32,000 nt of DNA, from the NCBI RefSeq assembly GCF_000020385.1, contig NC_010814.1:2730001-2762000 (forward strand), written 5' to 3'. This DNA comes from Trichlorobacter lovleyi SZ (GTDB lineage Bacteria > Desulfobacterota > Desulfuromonadia > Geobacterales > Pseudopelobacteraceae). A program made the translations under genes and the position numbers. Under the pieces are notes generated by a model. The model saw nothing but the letters and a program-made list of their open reading frames with translations. It was not told the DNA's origin and did no database searches. This document shows positions 17,590-26,129 of this stretch, piece after piece. Position 1 is the stretch's first letter, and each line of letters begins with the position of its first letter.

Positions 17590-19032
17590 ATGAAAAGTAA
17601 ACAGGAAGATCACCTGAAGGAATGGCAGGGGCTGGAAGAGGCAGCAGAGCAGATACTGCCTCTGGTTGGCCAGCTCTACCGCGAACGGAACATCGTCTGC
17701 ACGGTCTATGGCCGTTCACTGGTACACAGCACCACCATCGACATCCTCAAGGCCCATCGCTTTGCCCGTCTGATCATTGATGAAGAACTTTCTGCACTTA
17801 AAACCCTGCCGATTGTCGAGGCGATCTGCCAGCTTGATCTGGCCCCGGCCCGGATCGATATCGGCAAGCTTGCCGTCGGTTTCGGTAATCAGCAGGCAAC
17901 CACCAGTATCAGCGACTACCTCCGGGGTGAACTGGCAAGCGTCAATACCGGACGCCACACTCTGCTGGATGAGCCGCAGGATATCGTCCTGTACGGCTTT
18001 GGCCGGATCGGCCGCCTGCTGGCCCGCCTGCTGGTTGAAAAATCCGGCAGTGGCGAAAAGCTGCGCCTGCGGGCAGCAGTGGTACGCAAAGGCAGTGCCG
18101 ATGATCTGCTCAAGCGGGCCAGCCTGCTGCGCCGCGACTCGATCCACGGCCAGTTCAGCGGCATCATCACCGTGGATGAGGAAGAAAACGCCATCATCGC
18201 CAACGGCAACATGATCCGGATCATCTACGCCGATGCCCCGGAAAATGTTGATTACAGCGCCTACGGCATCAACAACGCCATCCTGATCGACAACACCGGC
18301 AAATGGCGTGACCGTGAAGGACTGGGCCGCCACCTGCAGGCAAAAGGGATCAGCAAAGTAATCCTGACCGCACCGGGCAAGGGCGATATCCCCAACGTGG
18401 TGGCCGGGGTCAACAACGAACTGATCACCCCGGACGAGCAGATCTTCTCCGCTGCCAGCTGCACCACCAACGCCATTGTGCCGGTGCTGAAGGCGATCCA
18501 TGACCGTTTCACCATCCAGCACGGCCATGTGGAGACCTGTCACTCCTACACCAACGACCAGAACCTGATCGACAACTACCACAAAGGTTCACGCCGTGGC
18601 CGCAGTGCCCCGCTGAACATGGTTATTACCGAGACCGGTGCAGCCAAGGCCGTTGCCAAGGTGATCCCTGACCTGGCCGGCAAGCTGACCGGCAATGCCA
18701 TCCGGGTGCCGACCCCCAACGTCTCTCTGGCGATCCTGAACCTGGGACTTGGTCAGGAAACCACGGTCAAGGAACTGAACAGCTTCCTGCGGGATACCGC
18801 CCTCAACTCACCGCTGCAGAACCAGATTGATTATGTGGTGTCACCGGAAGTGGTCTCCAGCGACTTTGTCGGCTCACGCCATGCCGGTGTGGTTGATTCC
18901 CTGGCCACCATTGTCCAGGGTAACCGCTGCGTGCTGTATGTCTGGTACGATAACGAATTCGGCTACAGCTGTCAGGTGGTGCGGATGGTGCAGAAAATGG
19001 CGGGGATCGAACTGCCGTCACTCCCCAACTAA
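17590..19032 (+). CDS. gap: glyceraldehyde-3-phosphate dehydrogenase, long form (about 130-aa N-terminal extension)
   Basis: Rossmann motif IVLYGFGRIGRLLARLL begins near residue 132. Catalytic SCTTNA is present (AASCTTNAIVPVLKAI), and the C-terminal block WYDNEFGYS is typical of GAPDH. Confidence 0.9.
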   Translation: MKSKQEDHLKEWQGLEEAAEQILPLVGQLYRERNIVCTVYGRSLVHSTTIDILKAHRFARLIIDEELSALKTLPIVEAICQLDLAPARIDIGKLAVGFGNQQATTSISDYLRGELASVNTGRHTLLDEPQDIVLYGFGRIGRLLARLLVEKSGSGEKLRLRAAVVRKGSADDLLKRASLLRRDSIHGQFSGIITVDEEENAIIANGNMIRIIYADAPENVDYSAYGINNAILIDNTGKWRDREGLGRHLQAKGISKVILTAPGKGDIPNVVAGVNNELITPDEQIFSAASCTTNAIVPVLKAIHDRFTIQHGHVETCHSYTNDQNLIDNYHKGSRRGRSAPLNMVITETGAAKAVAKVIPDLAGKLTGNAIRVPTPNVSLAILNLGLGQETTVKELNSFLRDTALNSPLQNQIDYVVSPEVVSSDFVGSRHAGVVDSLATIVQGNRCVLYVWYDNEFGYSCQVVRMVQKMAGIELPSLPN

Positions 19033-19057
19033 GCCAGCCTCCCGGCCCCCGCTGCAA

Positions 19058-19102
19058 TGAAGCCTCATCAGCTCTAATGTCTGATGAGGCTTCACTTTTA
19101 TT
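19058..19102 (+). terminator. rho-independent terminator of gap
   Basis: A 14-bp perfect stem, tgaagcctcatcag (19058-19071) pairing with ctgatgaggcttca (19081-19094), is followed by cttttatt. Confidence 0.75.
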
Positions 19103-19253
19103 CACCTATCTGAAACTTTAAATTGCAGGCCCTGCTGCAACCCTTATTGCATACGGCGGCACTATCCTGCCGCGCCTTTTAAGTAGCAACGGGGTCTTCC
19201 AACGTGCCTGGATTAAAACGACAACATACGCAACCTGGAAGCCTGCCCCCACA

Positions 19254-19315
19254 GGTTCCATGGACCTTATCCGTGGTAGAAATGCTATTAAAACCGGGTA
19301 GTATCCTGTTTTTTT
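19254..19315. repeat. repeat family A, copy 1 (vsr-5'-fragment-like segment + terminator-like hairpin); the most diverged copy
   Basis: ccatggaccttatccgtggtagaaatgctattaaaaccgggtagtatcctgttttttt aligns with copies 2 and 3. It is directly tandem to copy 2. Confidence 0.7.
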
Positions 19316-19320
19316 ACTGA

Positions 19321-19382
19321 TGGAACATGGGCCTGATCCGTGGTAGAAATGCTGAGAAAACCGGCGAGTGTCCCGCTTTTTT
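19321..19382. repeat. repeat family A, copy 2
   Basis: tggaacatgggcctgatccgtggtagaaatgctgagaaaaccggcgagtgtcccgctttttt matches copy 3 at most positions when aligned by eye. Confidence 0.75.
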
Positions 19383-19561
19383 GCCCCGCCACTGACCATC
19401 CCGGCCTCCCATGAAACAGAGATCATGATGGAGATCCCGAAGCATGACAGCCATCTGGAGGCGCTGGAACCGGAGTCGATACGAGAGACGATTTCAGAAG
19501 AACTGGTTACTGCCACTGACAGACAAAAAAATAACCTTTAAGTTATAAATAGCCTTGCATT

Positions 19562-19584
19562 AAATAATATTTGTATTATTATTT
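19562..19584. promoter_or_regulatory. AT-rich inverted repeat; candidate operator upstream of the XRE-family gene
   Basis: AAATAATA (19562-19569), a 7-nt spacer, then TATTATTT (19577-19584), about 30 nt upstream of ATG 19615. XRE-type antitoxin-like regulators commonly autoregulate through such palindromes. Confidence 0.35.
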
Positions 19585-19614
19585 ATACAAATCCAGATAA
19601 CAAAGAGGTTATGT

Positions 19615-20076
19615 ATGCAAGCCAGACATAAACTAATCATACGCCAGCAACTTGATAAAACCCTTGCCGGCCTAAAAGCTACAAACACCAAGGTTCCGGT
19701 AAAGGGGTGGATACGGGCAATTCGTGAGGCACTGGGTATGTCCGGCAGGCAGCTGGCCCAACGGTTGAAGGTCTCACAGCCCCGCATTCCCCGGCTTGAG
19801 CAGGATGAACTGACCGGATCAGTCACAATAAAGACCATGCAGCAGGTGGCTGAGGCTTTGGACTGTGCCTTTGTCTATGCCCTGGTGCCCCGTACCTCTT
19901 TGGAGAACACCCTGAGAGGCCAGGCTCGACTGGTTGCACAAGATCGTATAGAGCGGGTTGCTCATAGCATGCTGCTGGAGGCGCAGTCATTATCTGCTGA
20001 AGAACAGCAGAAATCGCTTGAGGCAACCATTAATGAACTGGTTCGTGAAATGCCAAAAGAGCTGTGGGACAAGTAA
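19615..20076 (+). CDS. XRE-family HTH protein of the 'mobile mystery protein A' type
   Basis: RBS agagg lies 7 nt upstream. HTH region GWIRAIREALGMSGRQLAQRLKVSQPRIPRLEQDE ... VYALVP. It is paired with a downstream Fic gene, as described for TIGR02612/TIGR02613 (recalled, not searched). Confidence 0.8.
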   Translation: MQARHKLIIRQQLDKTLAGLKATNTKVPVKGWIRAIREALGMSGRQLAQRLKVSQPRIPRLEQDELTGSVTIKTMQQVAEALDCAFVYALVPRTSLENTLRGQARLVAQDRIERVAHSMLLEAQSLSAEEQQKSLEATINELVREMPKELWDK

Positions 20077-20078
20077 GC

Positions 20079-20663
20079 ATGAGATTTGATTATCCAGAAG
20101 GCGCAACGCCGCTTGATCCTGATGAGGCGCAAGGATTACTGCTCTCCCACATAACCAGCCGCAATGAGCTTGATCGATGGGAACAGGAAAATATTGCCGA
20201 GGCAGAAGCATGGGCTTTCCGGCGCACACCTCGTGACATCCTGACTGAAGGTTTTATAAAGCGTCTGCATAAGCGGATGTTTGGCACGGTCTGGCGCTGG
20301 GCAGGCAAAAAACGGGACACCGGCAAGAACATCGGAGTGCCAGCCTGGCAGATAGATACAGAGTTGCATAACCTCTGTGCTGATTGTGCAACCTGGATTG
20401 AGCACAACGCCTACCCGGCAGATGAGATAGCAGCACGTTTTCATCACCGTTTAACAGCGATCCATCCCTTCCCCAACGGTAATGGACGACATGCCCGCCT
20501 GATGACGGATATTGTACTGGTGCATCTGTTAGGGCAACCACGCTTTAGCTGGGGTAGCGGTAATCTGGTTAATGCCGGGGAGTGCCGCAAGCAGTATATT
20601 GAAGCTCTGCGTGCTGCTGACAGTCTGGATTATGGGCCGCTGTTGGTGTTTGTAAGATCGTAA
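20079..20663 (+). CDS. Fic-family protein of the 'mobile mystery protein B' type
   Basis: Fic core motif HPFPNGNGRHARL is present. Starts 3 nt after the stop of the upstream HTH gene (ATG 20079; the listed ORF uses GTG 20064). Confidence 0.85.
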   Translation: MRFDYPEGATPLDPDEAQGLLLSHITSRNELDRWEQENIAEAEAWAFRRTPRDILTEGFIKRLHKRMFGTVWRWAGKKRDTGKNIGVPAWQIDTELHNLCADCATWIEHNAYPADEIAARFHHRLTAIHPFPNGNGRHARLMTDIVLVHLLGQPRFSWGSGNLVNAGECRKQYIEALRAADSLDYGPLLVFVRS

Positions 20664-20711
20664 GCTGAAGATGCTGGATAAAGGCGGGTATTGGGAGGTT
20701 GTTAAGCCGGA

Positions 20712-20840
20712 ATGACTGACCATCTCGACAAAGCCAAACGCTCATGGAACATGAGCCGGATTCGTGATGGAGATGCTGCGAAAACCGGGGAGTGTCCCGT
20801 TTTTTGCTTAGGCCACACTGCACGTTGTTTTTTTATGTAA
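20712..20840 (+). pseudogene. vsr: 5' remnant of a very-short-patch-repair endonuclease (vsr) gene, truncated after about 18-25 codons
   Basis: MTDHLDKAKRSWNMSRIR... parallels the E. coli Vsr N-terminus MADVHDKATRSKNMRAI (recalled). After about codon 20 the similarity is lost, and the frame runs through a hairpin and T run to a stop at 20838-20840. Confidence 0.6.
20745..20805. repeat. repeat family A, copy 3 (embedded in the vsr remnant)
   Basis: tggaacatgagccggattcgtgatggagatgctgcgaaaaccggggagtgtcccgtttttt. Only this copy retains the upstream vsr start codon context. Confidence 0.75.
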
Positions 20841-20972
20841 TCATAGGGCGAGGACAGCTTTAACTGTCCCCCTAAGAGTTTTGTTTTCAGAGCATCCAAG
20901 ATATGTTTTGACTAAAAATCAACATTTAAGCAATATATACTTTACTTAAAATGCTTTTTTAGGACATTTAAC

Positions 20973-22436
20973 ATGATCGCGACATCATCAGAGCTGATTA
21001 CCGTATTGCGTCAGTATAACCCCTGGTGGCGCAACGCTTCGGCTTCAGATCTACCAAGCTGGAGACGGCGAGCCTTCCACGGCATCCTTACCTGGATGCA
21101 GGAGCCACCAGCGCCACGGGCACTCTTGCTTTCCGGCGCACGGCAGGTTGGCAAGACCACGCTTTTTCTACAGGTAATCCAGGAGCTGATTGACAACGGC
21201 GTTCCCCCCACCAAGATACTCTATGCTACTTTTGACCACCCCTTGCTCAAGTTGTTGGGGCTGGATGGCCTGATCAAACTATGGCGTGAATTTGAGCCGG
21301 AAAGTGACGGCATAGAATACCTTTTTCTTGATGAAATCCAGACGGTGCGCGATTGGCAGACCTGGCTGAAGTTACAGGTTGATTTTGAGAAAAAACGCCG
21401 GATAGCCGTAACCGGTTCAGCCACCCCGCTGGTGACAGAAGGGCAGGAATCCGGTGTCGGTCGCTGGCATACCCTTCGTTTATCCACCCTTTCGTTCTTT
21501 GAGTATCTGCAACTGAAGCAGGTAAATATCCCACCGTTGCCGGAGATAAACTCACTTGCCCGGCTCTTTGACTGGACACCGGCACAATTTGCCACCGTCT
21601 CAGCAGACGCTGCACCGCTCGTCGCACATTTTCATGAATACCTGCTGCGGGGCGGTTTTCCGCAAAGTGTGGTAATGGGCAGCGTAACCGCTGCACAGAA
21701 ACTGTTGCGAGAAGACATTGTCGATAAGGTACTGAAACGGGATATGACGGCGCTTTTCGGGGTGCGGCATATTCTGGAGCTTGAACAGGTCTTTCTCTAC
21801 CTCTGCCTGCATGGCGGTGGCATACTGGATATGCAGACCTTATGCGGCGATCTGGAACTCAAAAAACCGACTGTGAACAACTTTATCAACCTGTTGGAGG
21901 CAACCCACCTGATCTACAAATTGCCACCGTTCGGTTATGGCAAAGAGATCCTGCGTGCCCGGTACAAAGTGTATCTGGCTGATGCTGCCATTTCACCGTC
22001 GGTGTTGCTTAAGGGAAATTCACTTCTGGAAGACCCGATAGCACTGGGGATTGCCGTTGAAACCGCCTTCTTTAAGCATGTTTTTGCCCGATACTACTCG
22101 CGCAGTGCAGGTTTTTCCTACTGGCGCGGCAAAAGCGACCGTGAAGTAGACATTGTTGCCGAGGTTGAAGGGCGGTTGACACCGTTTGAGGTAAAATACC
22201 GTTCACAGCATACCGGCGCCGGTGAATTGAAGGGACTGACCCAGTTTTGTGAAACCCGCCAGGCGCCACGCGGCTATGTTATTACCAGAGAAATGCAGGA
22301 CTTCTCCATCCTCACATTGGAAAAGGAAGTGAATACCAGGACCGGCAAAGCGCCAATCCGTATAGCCAAGATACCAGCGCCGCTGGCCTGTTACTGGCTG
22401 GGCAAGACTGAACTGGATGAACTGCCGGGAGACTAG
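20973..22436 (+). CDS. AAA+ ATPase of the AAA_14/DUF4143 type
   Basis: N-terminal YNPWW signature, Walker A LLSGARQVGKTTL, Walker B YLFLDEIQ. The C-terminal half resembles the DUF4143 region (REVDIVAEVEGRLTPFEVKY). Confidence 0.8.
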   Translation: MIATSSELITVLRQYNPWWRNASASDLPSWRRRAFHGILTWMQEPPAPRALLLSGARQVGKTTLFLQVIQELIDNGVPPTKILYATFDHPLLKLLGLDGLIKLWREFEPESDGIEYLFLDEIQTVRDWQTWLKLQVDFEKKRRIAVTGSATPLVTEGQESGVGRWHTLRLSTLSFFEYLQLKQVNIPPLPEINSLARLFDWTPAQFATVSADAAPLVAHFHEYLLRGGFPQSVVMGSVTAAQKLLREDIVDKVLKRDMTALFGVRHILELEQVFLYLCLHGGGILDMQTLCGDLELKKPTVNNFINLLEATHLIYKLPPFGYGKEILRARYKVYLADAAISPSVLLKGNSLLEDPIALGIAVETAFFKHVFARYYSRSAGFSYWRGKSDREVDIVAEVEGRLTPFEVKYRSQHTGAGELKGLTQFCETRQAPRGYVITREMQDFSILTLEKEVNTRTGKAPIRIAKIPAPLACYWLGKTELDELPGD

Positions 22437-22463
22437 CAAAACCGTAACGCCGGGGAACAGATT

Positions 22464-22520
22464 GGGGTAGGCTTGACTTATTGACTTTCAGGCAAATAGC
22501 AAAAAGGCAAGCCTGACCCC
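22464..22520. repeat. 12/13-bp inverted repeat with a 32-nt loop at a compositional junction
   Basis: ggggtaggcttg (22464-22475) pairs with caagcctgacccc (22508-22520) with one bulged base. It sits between the AAA ATPase stop and the in-frame TAG (22522) that opens the truncated ATPase ORF. Confidence 0.55.
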
Positions 22521-22542
22521 ATAGACTCTATGCCACCAACCA

Positions 22543-23382
22543 TTGCCAGATGAACCGCTGGTCGATGGGCTAGGGGCAGTTCGACTTCAGTTTGAGCGCG
22601 ACCGACTCGACGGAGAACTTAAGGAGGCTGACGAGTTGCTTGGAGTCCTCCAACGTGATGAACAGCGTTTGATGGCAGAGATCACAACGGCTGAAGAAAG
22701 ACTCCGCATGCTTGAGAATGAGCTAGCTCCGGCCCGTCAAGCAGTATCGGCGTTGATCCAGGAGGAGGTCAGTTCTATTGACATGGGTATAGGCGTATTG
22801 AATGAAAGACAGCGCCATCTGAGGCGTATCTCAGCAGCCTTCGAGCTCGGCCAGCAGCTAACTGATCGCATTTCAGACATAGAGCGTGAGATCGAGCCGC
22901 TTCAGGATGCAATCGACGAGGCAGTACGTTCGACGGACTTTGATGCGGCCGCGTCGATGCTTGAAGATGGCATGAATGCCTATTTGTCAAAGATCAACAT
23001 TCTCCGCCCGGGGGTATGGCGCCATAGTCCAATCAAGATTGATGTTTCCCGTTTTCGCTTCACTATGAGGGTTGGTGCTCGGCGGTGGCATGCTGCACTC
23101 GGAGGGACTGATTCACTTTATTTCTTAATGGCGTACCACTATGGGTTGCTCACTCTCACGAGTAAAAGTGGCTGTCATTATCCTGGGCTGTCAATCATAG
23201 ATGTCCCAGGTGAGTTTTCTGGAGAAGCGGTCGAAGACAAGGAAAACTTTATAGTGCAGCCGTTTGTCGAACTGCTGAATCGAGACGAGTACAAGGGATC
23301 GCAGCTCATCATTACCGGAGCCTCGTTTACTGGGCTCGAGGGGGCGCATCGGCTGCTCCAGACCCATGTCTATGTAGCGTAG
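22543..23382 (+). pseudogene. C-terminal half of a coiled-coil SMC/ABC-type ATPase (DUF3732-like); the N-terminal Walker A half is absent
   Basis: A long coiled coil is followed by a signature-like LGGTDSLYF and a Walker-B-like PGLSIIDVPGEF ... QLIITG. The frame is closed by TAG at 22522. The only start is an RBS-less TTG. No Walker A is present anywhere in the ORF. Confidence 0.5.
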
Positions 23383-23434
23383 TTCGCTACATATCCTGAT
23401 AAGAAGGCAAAATCTTAAGTTGAGGAGATTTCAT

Positions 23435-24394
23435 TTGTCGCAGCGGCTTCTTCCAATTGATGTTATTCCAACTGAGCTTTGGCAAAAACAGTCAGAACTA
23501 TTGAGGCTTCCGGATCAGCTCAAGACTGCTTACTGTTCAAAGATCGAATCACTTGGCCTGATTGACATTGCCACTCTCCACGTTGACGAAGATGGTCCGG
23601 CCGGAGGAATGTCAGATCAAGAAACAAAAAAGCACTTTGCTCGCCGGTTCCCTGCTTCTTGCGGGCGTGTTCAGCTTGCAGTTTTGGATCCGAAAGACGA
23701 GTTATCCAGCGCTTCAGATCTTATAATTAATTCATTTGCTGGAGGTAAAGTTGCGCTATTGGACGTTCCGTGCGGTGCTGGTGCTGCTTTCGCATCTGTG
23801 CTTTCAACAATTGCCTCGCTACGACGGGCATCGTGTATTCCTTGCAACCCACTTGAGGTCAATATTATTGGTGGAGACCTATCTCCTTTTGCACTAGGTT
23901 TAGCGTGTGATCTTCATAATTCTTTGAAAGATAGCCTTGCTGAAGTATCAATCACATCAAAATTCACGGCTGTCGATTGGAATGCCAGAGATAAGCAGAA
24001 AACTGTTGAGCTATTAAGAACTTGGGAGCAGGCATGTGTAGGTGTCAGGGCTAGACTTGCGGTTACCGCCAATTTCTCGGACTTTTTAGGGCATGGTAGC
24101 AACTTCAAAGATTGTAAACTACATCTTGAGGATATCTTCCGTTGGGCAAATACTCCTGGTGCGCGCTTTGTCTGGTTCGAACCTCAAACAAAGTCGGCAA
24201 CGACCATGTTTGAGCGACTTTTGGAGCTTATTGCCGCTATGAAGCTCCGAATCCTTAGTCACTTTCCCAATCCCGGTCCGAACGGTTCACCTAGACTATC
24301 ACAGGCGCGCTTAGAGCATCCCTTTGATTCAGATCGTAATTTTCCTGTTCGGCTCTCAGTGATGCTCCTGAGAGATAACGGAGACATTCTTTGA
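23435..24394 (+). CDS. SAM-methyltransferase-like protein (N6-adenine MTase-like fold with a degenerate catalytic motif)
   Basis: Motif I-like VALLDVPCGAGAAF (23750-23791), a motif II/III-like NIIGGDLSPFALGLA, and a motif IV position reading TANFSDF (N at 24071) instead of NPPF/Y. Start is uncertain: TTG 23435 follows gaggag by 7 nt, the listed ORF uses TTG 23420, and the first in-frame ATG is codon 64. Confidence 0.6.
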   Translation: MSQRLLPIDVIPTELWQKQSELLRLPDQLKTAYCSKIESLGLIDIATLHVDEDGPAGGMSDQETKKHFARRFPASCGRVQLAVLDPKDELSSASDLIINSFAGGKVALLDVPCGAGAAFASVLSTIASLRRASCIPCNPLEVNIIGGDLSPFALGLACDLHNSLKDSLAEVSITSKFTAVDWNARDKQKTVELLRTWEQACVGVRARLAVTANFSDFLGHGSNFKDCKLHLEDIFRWANTPGARFVWFEPQTKSATTMFERLLELIAAMKLRILSHFPNPGPNGSPRLSQARLEHPFDSDRNFPVRLSVMLLRDNGDIL

Positions 24395-26127
24395 GGGTTC
24401 AGAATCTCGCAGCGCGCGCCGCAAATGATTACCGAGGAAGGGACATAGTGACTTACCTCGCACTTCGCTACTATCTTCTAGCCCATAGTGCAAGAAATGA
24501 TCGTTGGGCTCGCGAAATTGCAACAAGCATCACATTACACAGAAACTCAGTGCCATACCGAGAGTTCGAAGTTTATAAGGGCTTGCAGGAAAGGTCTTCA
24601 GGGCACGAACCAGTAATAGATTATCGAAAAGTTCACTATCCTGCGCCAACTGAGGCATTGGCTGAGGCGGCATTACTATCTGAGTTAGCACGCGTAGGAG
24701 GGCCTTTCTCCCGTCACGAATGCGTGTTCAGCAATGTTCTATCAGCGCATGGAACGGCAGGAAGCGTCGAACCTTACTTTACTTGGTGGGCAAAGAGGCA
24801 GAAGGCTATCGAAGCTTCCTGCAGGCAGAACCTTTCTGCGACAGTCGTTTATCTTGACCTTCAGAAGTTTTATCCCAGCGTCTCAACTGAACTTGCGAGC
24901 GCAACATGGAAAGGTGCTGCTGCATCGGTCCAACTAGGTCAATACTGGGTAACTCTTGGGGATAAGCTTCTCGCTGATTACAGCACAATTCTAGGTGGGC
25001 GTGGCGGCTTGTTGTCGGGGCCGGTGTTCGGACATGTGGTCGGAAATATCGTTCTTCGGGGGTTGGATGACACGCTTCACTCCCATTATCCGGGCAGATG
25101 TTTTCGATATGTCGACGATATTGCACTTGTTATCCCATTTGCTGACATGAAATCTGCCAAGACGTTGCTTAAAGAAGCTCTTCCTGAAGGACTCCATATT
25201 AATGAAGCTAAGACGCTCGAAATGGAAGCGAAAGAGTGGATAAGTATTACATCATCCTTCGAATCGGAGATGGACACACTTTCGTGGGGTCGTTTCGTCT
25301 CGGGCCTAAAATTTTTCTTGTTTGCGCATAAGGGTAGTCTTGAGCTATTGCAACCGGCCGCTTTGGCTGAGGGGTTTCGGCTACCTTTGCGTGATAACAA
25401 AACCGCGGCACAAGAGCAGACCACAGTGCAGCGGTTTATTCAGCGTATACGAGCACCGTGGTTTGATCGAGAAAAGGCACCGACAAAGGTCTCGGACGTC
25501 TTGCGTCTTGCACGCGAGGCCCGCGAGAAGATGACGCGAGCGTTCAACGAGGCATCGGAGGCAGTATCTGGTATACCTAGCAACCAAAAGATGCGTCGGA
25601 AATTGCAGATACAAAAGCTACGATATGCTGCTAAGCGCTTACTTTTCCTTGCACCACAGGACCAACTTGGGCATCTCGCTGGGATGATTGAGGATGTTCC
25701 AGAAATATCTGAGCTGCACGCCATTTTTGTTGCATTGTCGTCGCGAGACGTTACAAATTTGCTTGCTTACTCAAGTTCAGTTGCACAAGCAGCAGCGCAG
25801 GTCCTCTTGGCTGATGGTGGAAAATTTCGTTGTTCGTCAACTAAATGGATTAATGCACAAGAAGATGCGTGGTCAGTACTTCGAATGAATGGCGTACCAC
25901 TAATTGACGCGGGACTTGAACAAATACAAGATTCTCCTATGGTCCGCTTCGCTGCCCGTCGCCCATATAATCCTCACGAACGACAACAACTTACTGACTA
26001 TTATCGCGAACTCCACGCAGTGTGTGATATTCGCCAAGTGGATCATCAGGAACTATTAGCTACGGCTATTAATGGAGCAGACCCAATTACGTTTGACGCT
26101 TTACATCTGCTCGGACTGTCGTCGTAA
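24391..26127 (+). CDS. reverse transcriptase, stand-alone defence/Abi-like type (RT domain about residues 75-290 + about 290-aa helical C-terminal domain)
   Basis: RT motifs in order: RKVHYPAPTEALAEAALL (motif 1), VVYLDLQKFYPSV (motif A, Asp at 24856-24858), GGLLSGPVFGHVVGNIVL (motif B), FRYVDDIALV (YVDD at 25108-25119), GLHINEAKT (motif D). TTG start overlaps the upstream stop (TTGA). No maturase/endonuclease or nitrilase-type domain was recognised. Confidence 0.85.
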   Translation: MRVQNLAARAANDYRGRDIVTYLALRYYLLAHSARNDRWAREIATSITLHRNSVPYREFEVYKGLQERSSGHEPVIDYRKVHYPAPTEALAEAALLSELARVGGPFSRHECVFSNVLSAHGTAGSVEPYFTWWAKRQKAIEASCRQNLSATVVYLDLQKFYPSVSTELASATWKGAAASVQLGQYWVTLGDKLLADYSTILGGRGGLLSGPVFGHVVGNIVLRGLDDTLHSHYPGRCFRYVDDIALVIPFADMKSAKTLLKEALPEGLHINEAKTLEMEAKEWISITSSFESEMDTLSWGRFVSGLKFFLFAHKGSLELLQPAALAEGFRLPLRDNKTAAQEQTTVQRFIQRIRAPWFDREKAPTKVSDVLRLAREAREKMTRAFNEASEAVSGIPSNQKMRRKLQIQKLRYAAKRLLFLAPQDQLGHLAGMIEDVPEISELHAIFVALSSRDVTNLLAYSSSVAQAAAQVLLADGGKFRCSSTKWINAQEDAWSVLRMNGVPLIDAGLEQIQDSPMVRFAARRPYNPHERQQLTDYYRELHAVCDIRQVDHQELLATAINGADPITFDALHLLGLSS

Positions 26128-26129
26128 GA

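Noticed and set aside
19118-19516. 132-aa minus-strand ORF, and the similar 20569-20823 and 20702-20899 ORFs.
   Set aside because: They read antisense through the family A repeats, which is why the KKRDT(R/P)RFSQH peptides recur. They have no start context or homology. The repeats are better explained as vsr sense-strand fragments.
19425-19541. 38-codon plus-strand ORF (MMEIPKHDSHLEALEPESIRETISEELVTATDRQKNNL) between repeat A copy 2 and the XRE gene.
   Set aside because: It has no RBS and no recognisable family. It could be a remnant of the cassette's former upstream gene, but there is not enough evidence to call it.
19254-20805. CRISPR array or integron attC interpretation of the family A repeats.
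   Set aside because: There are only three copies. Two are directly tandem and one lies 1.36 kb away, so there is no regular repeat-spacer periodicity. No cas or intI gene is present, and there is no R''/R' GTTRRRY core pair.
22543-22545. Treating TTG 22543 as a genuine start, making 22543-23382 a complete gene.
   Set aside because: There is no RBS, an in-frame TAG lies 21 nt upstream, and the product has only the C-terminal half of an ABC/SMC ATPase. It is called a truncated remnant, with moderate confidence only.
23383-26127. Retron or group II intron identity for the RT.
   Set aside because: - The RT start overlaps the upstream protein gene, leaving no room for an msr-msd region or for intron domains I-IV.
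- No a1/a2-type long inverted repeats flank it.
- No maturase (X) or endonuclease domain was recognised.
- This is not fully excluded without profile searches.
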